Notes: generated by a model not told the origin, from the sequence alone. DNA of 64,000 nucleotides from Candidatus Woesearchaeota archaeon (GCA_018646625.1 JABGUJ010000001.1:69534-133533); one strand, 5' to 3'; shown: positions 20,205-30,686, numbered from the stretch's first letter. Program-made: numbers and translations.

Positions 20205-20807
20205 TTAAGCATTACTAGAAGAACGTTCACGAAGAATTTTTCTAACAGTTCTCTCAACTTGTTCATCAATATATTTCTCTTCTTGAATCTTAAGATTTAA
20301 AGAAATCATTTGCTCTTCAACTTGCTGTTTAATCATTCTAGAAACTTCATCTCTGGAAACATACTTGATTGGCTCCCACATTTGAACATATCTTTCAAGA
20401 ACTTTAACATCTTGCGCCTTAGCACACGTTTGAAGATCTTTAATTATCAATTTAATATCAGATTTTATAGATTCAACTTCTTTCCAAACATCCTTAACTT
20501 GCTCTATAGAGGCCTTCATCTCATCACGAAGTTTCTTAGAAGAAGCAAGCATGTTACTATCAGTCACATTAAGCCGTTCACGAGCACTAACTTGCCGTTC
20601 CTCAATAATCCTAAGTCGACGACTCAAATTAGCAACATTTGTATTAATATCATTAAAATTTGGTTGAACAGCAGGAGTCGCGGGTTTATTTCCAAACAAA
20701 CCACCTCCCGCAGGTTTTGGTTTCTCTTCAGGTTTACCAGCTTTTCCACCGCCACCTAAGAAACCTAGAAATCCAGAATCTTTCTTCTCGTTAGGAGCAT
20801 CCGCCAT
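20205..20807 (-). CDS. Coiled-coil hypothetical protein
   Basis: Gly/Pro-rich N-terminus followed by heptad repeats; GGTGA RBS before ATG 20807. Confidence 0.65.
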   Translation of the reverse strand: MADAPNEKKDSGFLGFLGGGGKAGKPEEKPKPAGGGLFGNKPATPAVQPNFNDINTNVANLSRRLRIIEERQVSARERLNVTDSNMLASSKKLRDEMKASIEQVKDVWKEVESIKSDIKLIIKDLQTCAKAQDVKVLERYVQMWEPIKYVSRDEVSRMIKQQVEEQMISLNLKIQEEKYIDEQVERTVRKILRERSSSNA

Positions 20808-21025
20808 GTTACTTATCACCTTAGACTAGCAAAAGACGCACTCTCGTGCAGATTTGCATGCCATTATTAGAGATACACATCAGTAAACTATATAAATACA
20901 GCTCATTTAATTTGGACTGAAATAGTCCTAGGACTAATATAAAGGTTATGTTAGTATTTTTGAGTAAATAACAACAAAAATACAAACGACTAAAACAATA
21001 ATTACGTGAAAAAAGGGGTGTTTGC

Positions 21026-23335
21026 TTGCTCTTTGAAAAATCTAAAGAGGCTTTCAGTTACGAGTTAGTAAGAGAAGGCGATGATCGGATAGTAAAGATA
21101 AATTGCGATAGATATTCTAGAGCACCTAGTATCGAAGATGATTCTATCACCATGGCGAAAGCCGTAGAAATACTCACAGAAAATAAAGATGCAACTAAAG
21201 TAGTATTTCACCAAAAAAGAGATTATGAATACGATTACGATCAAACAGTTCTTCTAAAAGAGATTGGACAACTCAACAATCAGTTAGTAAAAGAAAAACA
21301 CAGATTCAGCTACAACGCATTACAATACCAAGGAGCATATGCAAAAAACGCGGAACAAAGATTCAATGAAATCCAAACAATTATTTACCATCTTTTGAAA
21401 AGCGATCCAGTTGGCGCATACGTCGAACTAAGAAGAATATTACGACACCAAAGACTTATTCTTATGAAAATTGCCGACACAAGGGCAATACCATATCAAG
21501 AAAACTTTGTGCAAATAGTTACAGAGCTAATAAAAAGATTAGAAGCCACAAAATTAATCATTCTTGCAAAACCAATGATCAGCGGCATGCGAATTGGTAA
21601 TCGAGATATATACAGAAATATCTTCAAACCAACAATAAAACCAGATTTTATGAACACAAAGTTAATGTCAACATACCCTGAAGATGGTGAAGAAATAGAA
21701 AGTTACAAAGTTGGAGAAACAGAAGTTACAGTATTCAAGCTTCCTTCAGATGTTAGAACTCTTTACCACATCAATCCCCCAGAGTTTAGACTTGACGAGG
21801 AGCAATACGAAATTCTGGATTTAGCTCGAAGAATTCTTGCAGAACACAAACCCACAAAAGAAGAATTTGTTAATCCTGAAAGAATGCGAAGAGTTTTCTT
21901 CAACGTAGGAAGAGATCTTTGCGAAGAACTTGCCAACTATAGAAATGTTAGAATGAGTGAAGAAGATTTAAATCTTATAACTAGAATTCTTATCAGATAC
22001 ACAATAGGATTTGGACTCATAGAAGTTTTGATGGAAGACGACGATATTCAAGACATATCTGTAAACAGCCCATATGGAACTACTCCAATATTCATAGTTC
22101 ATGGCAAACATGATGATTGTATCACAAATATCATTCCAACAAGAACTGAAGCGGAATCTTGGGCAACAAAGTTAAGAATGATCTCCGGAAGACCATTAGA
22201 TGAAGCAAACCCTATTCTCGACACAGAATTAGAACTTCCTGGCGCAAGCATAAGAACGTCCGTAATCACAGAACCTCTAGATCCAACAGGCTTAGCATTT
22301 TCATTCAGAAGACACAGAGCAAAACCATGGACTTTGCCTTTATTCATAAAAAACAAAATGATCTCACCTCTCGGTGCAGGTTTACTTAGTTTTCTAATCG
22401 ACGGTACAAGAACGTTTTTCGTATGCGGTACACGAAGTTCTGGTAAGTCCTCGTTTTTAGGAGGCATGTTAATAGAAATCATGAGAAGATACAGAATAAT
22501 CACTATTGAAGATACTATGGAACTTCCATTCACTCAAATGAAAGATTTAGGATTTAATATTGTAGCAATGAAAGTTGCATCTGCACTCTCAGAAGGTTCA
22601 GGAGAATTTACCGCCACTCAAGGTATTAGAAGTACATTAAGACTTGGAGACTCGTCATTGATTGTAGGCGAAGTACGGAGTAAAGAAGCAGTCGCATTAT
22701 TTGAAGGAATGAGAGTTAGTGCAGGCGCAAATGTTGCAGGTGGTACGTTTCACTCAGACTCACCCTACGGTGTGTTTGACAGAGTTGTAAATGCAATTGG
22801 AATCCCCGCAACCTCATTCAAAGCACTAGATTTAGTTATTATCGCAAATCCAATTAAATCCGCAGACGGTCTTCATAAATTCCGAAGAGTCACTCAAATA
22901 ACTGAAGTTAGAAAAGATTGGATAAAAGATCCTATGATGGAAGGCGGATTCCAAGATTTAATGAAGTATGATGCAAAAACCGATATGCTTCAACCAAGTG
23001 GTGCATTAATAGATGGCGATTCTGAAGTTATCAAAAGCATTGCAGCCAACATACCTGATTTTGTTGGGAACTGGGATGCCGTTTGGGAAAACATCGAATT
23101 AAGAGGAAAATTCAAACAAGCCATTGTAGAATATGCAGATAAAAGTGAAGATAAAGACGCACTAGAAGCACCATTTGTAATAAAATGTAACGATGCATTT
23201 CATTTAGCTACGGAAAAAGTTAAGAACAAAGTTGGAAAATTAGATTCTAAAGAAATATACAAAGAATGGGAAAGTTGGTTCACATTAGAAATAAAACGAA
23301 GACAAATGGAGATTCGCCAGAAGCTCGAAAAATAA
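21026..23335 (+). CDS. Type II/IV secretion / type IV pilus ATPase (FlaI/TadA/VirB11-like)
   Basis: Walker A GTRSSGKS, ITIEDTME, LIVGEVRS, GTFH. Confidence 0.9.
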   Translation: MLFEKSKEAFSYELVREGDDRIVKINCDRYSRAPSIEDDSITMAKAVEILTENKDATKVVFHQKRDYEYDYDQTVLLKEIGQLNNQLVKEKHRFSYNALQYQGAYAKNAEQRFNEIQTIIYHLLKSDPVGAYVELRRILRHQRLILMKIADTRAIPYQENFVQIVTELIKRLEATKLIILAKPMISGMRIGNRDIYRNIFKPTIKPDFMNTKLMSTYPEDGEEIESYKVGETEVTVFKLPSDVRTLYHINPPEFRLDEEQYEILDLARRILAEHKPTKEEFVNPERMRRVFFNVGRDLCEELANYRNVRMSEEDLNLITRILIRYTIGFGLIEVLMEDDDIQDISVNSPYGTTPIFIVHGKHDDCITNIIPTRTEAESWATKLRMISGRPLDEANPILDTELELPGASIRTSVITEPLDPTGLAFSFRRHRAKPWTLPLFIKNKMISPLGAGLLSFLIDGTRTFFVCGTRSSGKSSFLGGMLIEIMRRYRIITIEDTMELPFTQMKDLGFNIVAMKVASALSEGSGEFTATQGIRSTLRLGDSSLIVGEVRSKEAVALFEGMRVSAGANVAGGTFHSDSPYGVFDRVVNAIGIPATSFKALDLVIIANPIKSADGLHKFRRVTQITEVRKDWIKDPMMEGGFQDLMKYDAKTDMLQPSGALIDGDSEVIKSIAANIPDFVGNWDAVWENIELRGKFKQAIVEYADKSEDKDALEAPFVIKCNDAFHLATEKVKNKVGKLDSKEIYKEWESWFTLEIKRRQMEIRQKLEK

Positions 23336-23336
23336 A

Positions 23337-25556
23337 ATGGCCGGTATCGATGAAAATGAGCTCAAAAACCTTCTTGCTAAATATAAAAACGAAATAGAGA
23401 ATCAAACTCAGGAAGACGTTAAAGAAAACCCAGAAGTCAGAGAAGTATCCACAAGAGAATATACAGAGTTCAAGAATGAATACATTCCAAAGCATTTAAG
23501 CTGGTACGAGAAAGCATGTAACAAAACAGAAAAGATTATACAAATACATCCTGACGCTAAAAAACTTGCAAAACTTAAAATTTCTATTGAAGCATCTCAT
23601 CTAGACGTAACTCCAGTAGGGGTTGCAAGTTTTGGTTTAATGGCCCCACTAGCCGTCGCAGGTATTGGTGCAATAGTCAGTCTACTGCTATTAGATTCAT
23701 TATTCTTTGCAATGGTATTCTTAATACTGGGTGCCAGCCTTATAGGTCCACTTAACGGTGCACCGCACTTCATTGCCACTTCTTGGCGTATGAAAGCAAG
23801 TAACCAAATGGTTCTTTGCGTTTTTTACATTGTAACATTTATGCGTCACACATCTAACTTAGAAGGCGCAATAAGATTTGCATCAGATCACCTTAGTCCT
23901 CCATTATCTCTAGATCTTAGAAGAGTTATCTGGAATGTTGAAACAGAAAAATGTGAGTCCATAAAAGAATCTCTGGATGCATACTTAGAAAGTTGGAAAG
24001 ACTACAACATGGAATTTGTTGAAGCTTTACACTTAATAGAATCATCATTATTTGAAACATCAGAACAACGAAGAGTAGCATTACTAGAAAAATCACTCGA
24101 CGTCATTCTTTCTGAAACATATGAGAAAATGTTGCATTATGCTCACAGCCTAAAAGGACCTCTAACCATGCTTAACATGCTTGGTGTCGTTCTGCCAGTT
24201 ATGGGATTAGTAATCTTACCGCTTTTGGTAAGTTTTATGGAAGGAGTAGCCTGGTATCACATTGCAACACTTTATGATTTCTTCCTACCATTAGGTGTGT
24301 TCTATCTAGGTAGAAAAATTCTACAATCTAGACCATCAGGATACGGAGACACAGACATTTCCAACAACCCCGATGTTAAAAAATACAAAAACATTGTTAT
24401 GAAATTTGGAAAAACGGAGTACTTAGTACCTCCACTATATCTTTCAATATTCATTGGCGCAACTTTGATTTTTCTTGGCCTGACGCCATTAATAATTCAT
24501 GTACTAACTGCCACCGACACACCACCATTTGGATGGGATGTAGGCATAGGTAAAGAAAATGACGGAGATTATCCATTCTGGTTAATAGAATACAAAGAAA
24601 GCTTAAAACAAGTAGATGCTGACGGAAATCCTATAATCCACGGCCCTTTTGGAATTGGTGCCTCACTTATTAGTGTACTCATACCGTTAGGTTTGGGCAT
24701 TAGCATAGGATTCTATAATAAATTTCGAACTCAAAACATCATAAAAATACGAAGCGCCGCAAAACAGCTAGAAAGAGAATTCTCGGCAGCATTATTCCAA
24801 CTAGGAAACAGATTAGGTGACGGATTACCTGCAGAAATTGCCTTCCAAAGAGTAGCGGAAACCATGAAAGACAGCACATCAGGAAGATTCTTCAAACTAG
24901 TATCATCTAACATTGCAAGATTAGGAATGAGTGTTGAACAATCCATCTTTGATCCAGAACATGGCGCACTAATACACTTCCCTTCCAATATGATTGAGAG
25001 TTCTATGAAAGTATTAACCGAGTCTTCTAAGAAAGGACCATTAATTGCAGCTGAAGCGCTAATCAACGTTTCAAGATACATTAAAGAGATGCATAAAGTT
25101 GACGAAAGACTAAAAGACTTAATGGCAGACATTGTTGGAAGCATGAATTCTCAGATTAAGTTTTTGACTCCAGCAATTTCAGGAATTGTTATAGGAATTA
25201 CTGCCATGGTTACCACAATCATCGGTAAGTTAGGTAAAAATATTAAAGCAATCCAAGCCAAAACAATCGAAGCGGGATCTTCTGCCGCAGGTGCCGACGG
25301 CCTTGCAGGATTATTTGGAGACGGTATGCCAACATTCCACTTCCAAGTCATAGTAGGTTTATACGTTATATTGCTAGTACTTATTCTAACTACTATTGTT
25401 AACGGTATTGAGAATGGTTCTGATTCATTAAATGAAAAATATTTGATCGGAGTAAATCTAATCGGGGCCAGCATAAAATATTCTATAATATCCATATGTG
25501 TAATGGCGCTCTTCCAAATAATAGCTGGAGCAATACTACTAAAAACAACAATGTAA
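23337..25556 (+). CDS. TadC/FlaJ-like (T2SSF) membrane platform protein
   Basis: Directly follows the ATPase; two cytoplasmic T2SSF-like domains (EFSAALFQLGNRLGDGLPAE) alternate with TM helices. Confidence 0.75.
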   Translation: MAGIDENELKNLLAKYKNEIENQTQEDVKENPEVREVSTREYTEFKNEYIPKHLSWYEKACNKTEKIIQIHPDAKKLAKLKISIEASHLDVTPVGVASFGLMAPLAVAGIGAIVSLLLLDSLFFAMVFLILGASLIGPLNGAPHFIATSWRMKASNQMVLCVFYIVTFMRHTSNLEGAIRFASDHLSPPLSLDLRRVIWNVETEKCESIKESLDAYLESWKDYNMEFVEALHLIESSLFETSEQRRVALLEKSLDVILSETYEKMLHYAHSLKGPLTMLNMLGVVLPVMGLVILPLLVSFMEGVAWYHIATLYDFFLPLGVFYLGRKILQSRPSGYGDTDISNNPDVKKYKNIVMKFGKTEYLVPPLYLSIFIGATLIFLGLTPLIIHVLTATDTPPFGWDVGIGKENDGDYPFWLIEYKESLKQVDADGNPIIHGPFGIGASLISVLIPLGLGISIGFYNKFRTQNIIKIRSAAKQLEREFSAALFQLGNRLGDGLPAEIAFQRVAETMKDSTSGRFFKLVSSNIARLGMSVEQSIFDPEHGALIHFPSNMIESSMKVLTESSKKGPLIAAEALINVSRYIKEMHKVDERLKDLMADIVGSMNSQIKFLTPAISGIVIGITAMVTTIIGKLGKNIKAIQAKTIEAGSSAAGADGLAGLFGDGMPTFHFQVIVGLYVILLVLILTTIVNGIENGSDSLNEKYLIGVNLIGASIKYSIISICVMALFQIIAGAILLKTTM

Positions 25557-25564
25557 GAATCTAA

Positions 25565-25954
25565 CTACATTTTACCATAACAACTCAAACAGATGTAAGA
25601 ATCGCCTTCCCACTTAACCCCATTTATCTTATTGGTAGTTGTATGACACTTTTCACATTCAAATAAATGAGGGTCTTTAGAAAATTTAAATTCCTTTACA
25701 GAAACAGTTTTCTCAGAAAAATCTCCCAATGTAGTTGGAGCAGAATCAACAGCATCTTTCCTTAAAAGATATTTACACAATTCACCTTTATGAGCAAAAT
25801 GCCATACCTTTTGTTCACCCATCTTAGGTGTAACTTCAGCATCACAATGCGGACAAAAGAATTTTGAGTTTCGAGCTTCAGTTTTATCCAACTTATCGAT
25901 GTTGTATCTCACACCTGCAGAATCCACTGCACAGAACAGCTCTCTTGTCTTCAT
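25565..25954 (-). CDS. Zinc-finger protein resembling the CoiA N-terminal domain, with a second C4 finger
   Basis: FCPHC...KMG...WHFAH; CEKC...CLSC. Confidence 0.6.
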   Translation of the reverse strand: MKTRELFCAVDSAGVRYNIDKLDKTEARNSKFFCPHCDAEVTPKMGEQKVWHFAHKGELCKYLLRKDAVDSAPTTLGDFSEKTVSVKEFKFSKDPHLFECEKCHTTTNKINGVKWEGDSYICLSCYGKM

Positions 25955-26030
25955 AGATAGGAAACAACCATCTAGATTTATATAGTTTTCCAGCCTCATT
26001 AGCTACAAATCCAAAAAGGAGGGATGAAAT

Positions 26031-26399
26031 ATGACACCAATAGAAATTCTAGCATTAATTGTTGCCGTAATAACACTAATTAAAATGGTATTTTTCTTAA
26101 TAAAGCCTGACAGCTTGCTAAAAACTGCAGAGTCTATATTCAAATGCAAAGCGCTACCGTTTCTGTATCTAATTGCAGCAATAATCATAGGATACTTTGT
26201 ATTTATGGAACTAACAATCGTACAAGTATTTGCAGCAATGTTCTTTCTGATTCCATTAATAGGAATGGGACTTGCTTCATTCCCAAAACAAACTCTTGCG
26301 CTTAGCAAAGAAGTTGTAAAACATAGAGAAAAGATTTGGTACGCATTTATTATCTGGACAGGATTAGCAATCTGGACACTTGTAGTTCTATTCGCATAG
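26031..26399 (+). CDS. Small 4-TM membrane protein
   Basis: Hydrophobic 122-aa ORF with GGAGG RBS. Confidence 0.65.
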   Translation: MTPIEILALIVAVITLIKMVFFLIKPDSLLKTAESIFKCKALPFLYLIAAIIIGYFVFMELTIVQVFAAMFFLIPLIGMGLASFPKQTLALSKEVVKHREKIWYAFIIWTGLAIWTLVVLFA

Positions 26400-26440
26400 A
26401 GCTATCTTTTTCTTTTTTATTTTATTATTAAGAAAAAAAG

Positions 26441-26514
26441 TGGGACGAGGGGGATTTGAACCCCCAACACCTACGTCTTCAGCGTAGTGCTCTCCCAGAT
26501 TGAGCTATCGTCCC
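26441..26514 (-). tRNA. tRNA-Phe (GAA); CCA not encoded, no intron
   Basis: GGGACGA acceptor stem, CTACG-CTGAAGA-CGTAG anticodon arm, GGTTCAAATCC T arm. Confidence 0.95.
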
Positions 26515-26535
26515 AGGAAAATAAAAAAATGAAAA

Positions 26536-26928
26536 TTAATTAACTTCTTCTTCCTTCACTTCAGGAATCTCAAGTTCGTCTTCTTCCGTCTCATCATCAG
26601 CTTGAGGAGCAGGAGAACTTTCAGCAGCGGGTGCTTGTCCAGCAGATACTACTTCTAGCTCACCAAACTTTCCAGTTGATAACTGAAGTTCGCCTTGCCA
26701 TTCGCTAACGTAACCATTCTTAACTTGAACAGTACTTCCAACATTAACTTGGTCAACTTGTTCGTTCCATAAAGTCAAAGTGATTTGACCGGAAGCGTCT
26801 TTTGCTTTAGCATTGCAAACTCTGCCTGCTTTGCCAAACTTGTTGAATTCTCTAGGTTCAGACTTTTCGATAATCTCAACCACAAGATCAACCTTACCTT
26901 GTTTTGCTTGTAAATCTGAAATTGCCAT
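26536..26928 (-). CDS. ssb: Single-OB-fold ssDNA-binding protein with acidic tail
   Basis: DASGQITLTLW, NGYVSEWQGELQLS, acidic C-terminus. Confidence 0.8.
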   Translation of the reverse strand: MAISDLQAKQGKVDLVVEIIEKSEPREFNKFGKAGRVCNAKAKDASGQITLTLWNEQVDQVNVGSTVQVKNGYVSEWQGELQLSTGKFGELEVVSAGQAPAAESSPAPQADDETEEDELEIPEVKEEEVN

Positions 26929-27018
26929 TTTTAACCTCTCATATTATATTCAAACTCGAGAATCAAGATTTATTATATAAAGCTTTCTAAGCAAAAATAA
27001 TCCCAGAAACCTTAAATT

Positions 27019-28035
27019 TCATAGTTTAGAGCGCGGATTGTCAATATTCTTAATAGCTTTGTTGATGTCCTCGTCGGACCAACCTTCGCCACCCAACACG
27101 CCCCTAACTTGTTTCTCAGTATAACCATGATTTGCAGCTTCATGAATCCAAGTTTGAATCTTTTCAAATTTCCCATTATGCTCTACAGGATCAACTACAT
27201 GTTTTGAATGAAAGAAAATAACTAAACCAACTGCCGCCCCGGTTAAAATCACAGCAATAACAGCGATTAAAACCATAGGAGGTACCGCAGAAAACAAACC
27301 AGGAGTCTCAACTAGAGGCTCAATTTCTTCTTCAGCGCCTTCTTCAAGAATCTCATCTTCAAAACCCGCCGCATACTTCAAATTAAATATTTCTTTATCT
27401 TCATCATCTGATTTATAATTATCATTACTATAATGCTGTGCCAATAAGACTTTCTCATCTTCTTCCAAGGCGCCCTCCACACAACAAGTTAAATCACCTA
27501 AAATGGCATCACTCGTATCTATTTGACCCATAAACTTACCACAGTATTTATCTTTAAACTCATCTACACACAAAACATTCCCGCCAGCCTCAAGATATTT
27601 TGAAGGCAGAATATAATATTTATCTCCAGCCCTACCAGACATTAAGTTTTCAAAAGAATAATCTTCAACAAAATCACCCAAGGCATCAGAACTAACAAAT
27701 GAAACTATGAAGTCTTCTTCATCTTGCCCAGTACAAAAATAGGCGTCATACGTAGTCATAGATATGTCACTCCCGCTTTTACTAATACCATACGAATAAG
27801 ATATCTCATCATCAACTTTAACTATCACACACATACTCGCTCCATCTGCTAAAAAATTATACATAGCAGAGTTTCTCGCTAAGTACATCACAGAATCACC
27901 TAAAAACTCAGAACTTACTCCCTCATTAACGGCGTAACCAGTAATTCTGTTCATATCACCAAAAGAAACAAAAATCGAATAACCTAGTACAACTAGTACA
28001 CCCACTATTGCAAATAATTCTAACCTCTTTTTCAT
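27019..28035 (-). CDS. Membrane-anchored surface protein (N- and C-terminal TM)
   Basis: N-terminal TM followed by ITGYAV; Cys-containing outer region; C-terminal TM and small cytoplasmic helical domain. Confidence 0.6.
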   Translation of the reverse strand: MKKRLELFAIVGVLVVLGYSIFVSFGDMNRITGYAVNEGVSSEFLGDSVMYLARNSAMYNFLADGASMCVIVKVDDEISYSYGISKSGSDISMTTYDAYFCTGQDEEDFIVSFVSSDALGDFVEDYSFENLMSGRAGDKYYILPSKYLEAGGNVLCVDEFKDKYCGKFMGQIDTSDAILGDLTCCVEGALEEDEKVLLAQHYSNDNYKSDDEDKEIFNLKYAAGFEDEILEEGAEEEIEPLVETPGLFSAVPPMVLIAVIAVILTGAAVGLVIFFHSKHVVDPVEHNGKFEKIQTWIHEAANHGYTEKQVRGVLGGEGWSDEDINKAIKNIDNPRSKL

Positions 28036-29540
28036 GGTAAGCTATTAAATTCAATCTCTTTGTTGAAAAGATCACGTAAATAACCTTTCAACTTGTCCAC
28101 AGGGACTCTTTTCTGTTCACCGCTATCCCTGTCACGAATAGTAACGTCTTTGTTTTCTAAGGAATCATAATCTACAGTCAAACAAAACGGAGTTCCAACC
28201 GAATTCTGACGTAAATATCGTCTTCCAATCGCTCCCGATTCATCATACTGAGCAATAAACTCAGAACTCAAATCTAAGTAGATATCTGACGCTATTTTAA
28301 TCAATTCTGGCTTCTTCATTAACGGAAAAACCGCAACATTAATTGGAGCCAAAGAATAAGGAATTTCAAAAGTTGTCTTACCTTCATCTTTTTCCTTTTT
28401 GCTATAAAAAATATCTAACAATGCAAAAGTTGGTCTATCGCTTCCAAAAGCAATCTCCAAAACATGAGGCACTTTCTTTTCATTATTCTCATCACGAGCC
28501 ATAAGCTCTTGACCAGAAAACTTTGCATGCTGAGTAAGGTCATAGTCAGTTCTATCATGCACACCACAACACTCAACCCACCCAAATGAATTCAAATTAA
28601 TCTCAACATCCCATGCATCATCAGCATAAAATGCCATTTCGTCAGGATGGTGTTGTCTCAACCGGATTCTTTCCTCAGGAATTCCCATTGCCACAAAAAG
28701 TTCATAAGCCAATGCTAAAGTCCAAGAATAAGCTTGATTTTTCAAAATCTTGTTCTGTATAGCATCCGCCAAAGAAAGTTTAGGAATTTTGTCTCCTTTT
28801 TCTTGAGACTTATGATCCCAGAGAGGAAGTTTCATTTCCTTAACCATCTCAAACTTTGGAAAATTATTTTTCTGATTATCAAATATAAACAACTGACCTT
28901 CGGCTTGTGTGAATTCCCTACCCCTCAACACATGTTGTCTTGGACTAATTTCATTTCTAAACGCTTTTCCAATCTGAAAAACACCAAAAGGAAACTTATC
29001 TCTAAAAAAATTACAATACCTAGGAAATGGAAGATAAGTTGTAGTCGCAGTCTCAGGTCGATTATACGCTTCAGTATCTACACCAATCGTAGTACGCATC
29101 ATCAAAGAATGATTCAATATTTCAGGAATCAATTTCTTACCGTTCGGCGCAAGTAATCCTTTTTCCCTAATTACGCCTAACAACTTTTCATCAGAAAAAC
29201 CTGCTATGTTAATACCAGGACAGTTTTCTTCAATCAAAGTATCAACTCTATACGCAGCACCATCTTCTGCTTTGATCAATGGATCAGTAAACCCACCTAA
29301 ATGTCCAGATGCTTCCCAAACCTTTGAAGGCATCACAACAGGACACTCTACCTCATAAAAAGAATATTTTCTAAACACAGATCTAATAGCATTCTCAACT
29401 CTATTTTTTAGAAGTTTACCCAAGGGGCCATAAGTATAAAATCCAGATATACCCCCGTAAATCTCGGGTTCGGGACCATAAATAAATCCTTTTTCCTGTA
29501 CAAACGATATAAGTTCCTTCAATTCTGCTTTCTCTGCCAT
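28032..29540 (-). CDS. glyS: Glycine--tRNA ligase (alpha2 type)
   Basis: RPETA, GKAFRNEISPR, REFTQAE, anticodon domain GAIGRRY. Confidence 0.95.
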   Translation of the reverse strand: MAEKAELKELISFVQEKGFIYGPEPEIYGGISGFYTYGPLGKLLKNRVENAIRSVFRKYSFYEVECPVVMPSKVWEASGHLGGFTDPLIKAEDGAAYRVDTLIEENCPGINIAGFSDEKLLGVIREKGLLAPNGKKLIPEILNHSLMMRTTIGVDTEAYNRPETATTTYLPFPRYCNFFRDKFPFGVFQIGKAFRNEISPRQHVLRGREFTQAEGQLFIFDNQKNNFPKFEMVKEMKLPLWDHKSQEKGDKIPKLSLADAIQNKILKNQAYSWTLALAYELFVAMGIPEERIRLRQHHPDEMAFYADDAWDVEINLNSFGWVECCGVHDRTDYDLTQHAKFSGQELMARDENNEKKVPHVLEIAFGSDRPTFALLDIFYSKKEKDEGKTTFEIPYSLAPINVAVFPLMKKPELIKIASDIYLDLSSEFIAQYDESGAIGRRYLRQNSVGTPFCLTVDYDSLENKDVTIRDRDSGEQKRVPVDKLKGYLRDLFNKEIEFNSLP

Positions 29541-29646
29541 AATACACACCCTTCACAAAGTTAATAATAAATCTCTAGCCATAAATACGGCACGAATAGT
29601 AGTTTTTTTAGTGTTTTGGTTATAAATGTTTTTCCTTTATACTGCA

Positions 29647-30561
29647 CTAATCCACCAGATTTCTAAGATAATCTTTCTTAAGCTTAAATCCTTTCTTTTT
29701 TGCAATACGAGCTATAGCTTTATCGAACTTGCTACCGTACTGAGCACCTTGCTTCTTACGCCAAGCAAACTCATGCGACAAACCTTCTAATTCGGCAATT
29801 TCTCTTAAAACTATTTTCTTAAATTTATCATTGATTTTATGATCAGATGATATTTTCATTGCAGATTTTATAACATCTTCATCCAAAAAAGGCAACCTAA
29901 AATCAATGTCAGCCGCATTTGCAATTGAAACATCACGAAGAATATCTCTTTGCCACATCATCTTCAACCCATTCCAACATTCATCATCTACATCATTAGC
30001 TTCAGAATGTCTTTGATAACCTGCAAAGATTTCTTCACTACCCAACCCAGAAAAGAACACAGAATCGTCTGCCAATTTCTTCGCCGCCAATATAACAGCT
30101 CCAACACCAACCTTCACAAAGAAGTCTATTCCAAATTCTTTTGGTTTTGGTAAAATTTTAACAACTTCTTCAATTATTTTTTCAGCTTCAGATTCGTTAT
30201 AGATCTTTTCAACATAATTTAAATCCAAATCTTTAGCAACTTTTCTTGAATAAATTATGTCCGGAGGAATCGCCATATTCTTATCAGAAAAACCAACAGT
30301 ATAACAAGTAAAATTTGCATTTTTATTTTTACACACTTGAGCAATAAAAGAAGAATCAACACCACCTGAAAAAAAGATACCGAAATGATGTTCAGGAATT
30401 CGTTTTTCTATTGCACTTACAAGTACTTTTCTTAATTCAACTTTAGCACCATCATAATCAACGAAACCTGCATGAGCTGCCTTGATGCCGCCTATATATT
30501 CAAACCACTTAGATTCATCACCTAAGGCACCTTTAACACTCAAATCAATGAATTTCGACAT
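29647..30561 (-). CDS. Asparagine synthase C-terminal-domain-only protein
   Basis: FSGGVDSS, SGLGSEEIFAGY, RLPFLD, KIVLRE; no glutaminase domain; start uncertain. Confidence 0.8.
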   Translation of the reverse strand: MSKFIDLSVKGALGDESKWFEYIGGIKAAHAGFVDYDGAKVELRKVLVSAIEKRIPEHHFGIFFSGGVDSSFIAQVCKNKNANFTCYTVGFSDKNMAIPPDIIYSRKVAKDLDLNYVEKIYNESEAEKIIEEVVKILPKPKEFGIDFFVKVGVGAVILAAKKLADDSVFFSGLGSEEIFAGYQRHSEANDVDDECWNGLKMMWQRDILRDVSIANAADIDFRLPFLDEDVIKSAMKISSDHKINDKFKKIVLREIAELEGLSHEFAWRKKQGAQYGSKFDKAIARIAKKKGFKLKKDYLRNLVD

Positions 30562-30686
30562 TATAGACCCTCTACTATCACTCAAACTATTAGTTAATAT
30601 AAAAAGCTTACCCAAAGAAAGACAAAGATTTAAATAAACAAATAACCATTATGATAATCAGAATTGTATAGTCCGGGGGGGTAAAA

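Noticed and set aside
21026..25556. Archaellum flaI/flaJ
   Set aside because: No archaellins, FlaH, FlaF or FlaG nearby; called generic T4P/secretion
30675..30681. G7 homopolymer as a phase-variation tract
   Set aside because: Short, and positioned as the RBS of the first receiver gene
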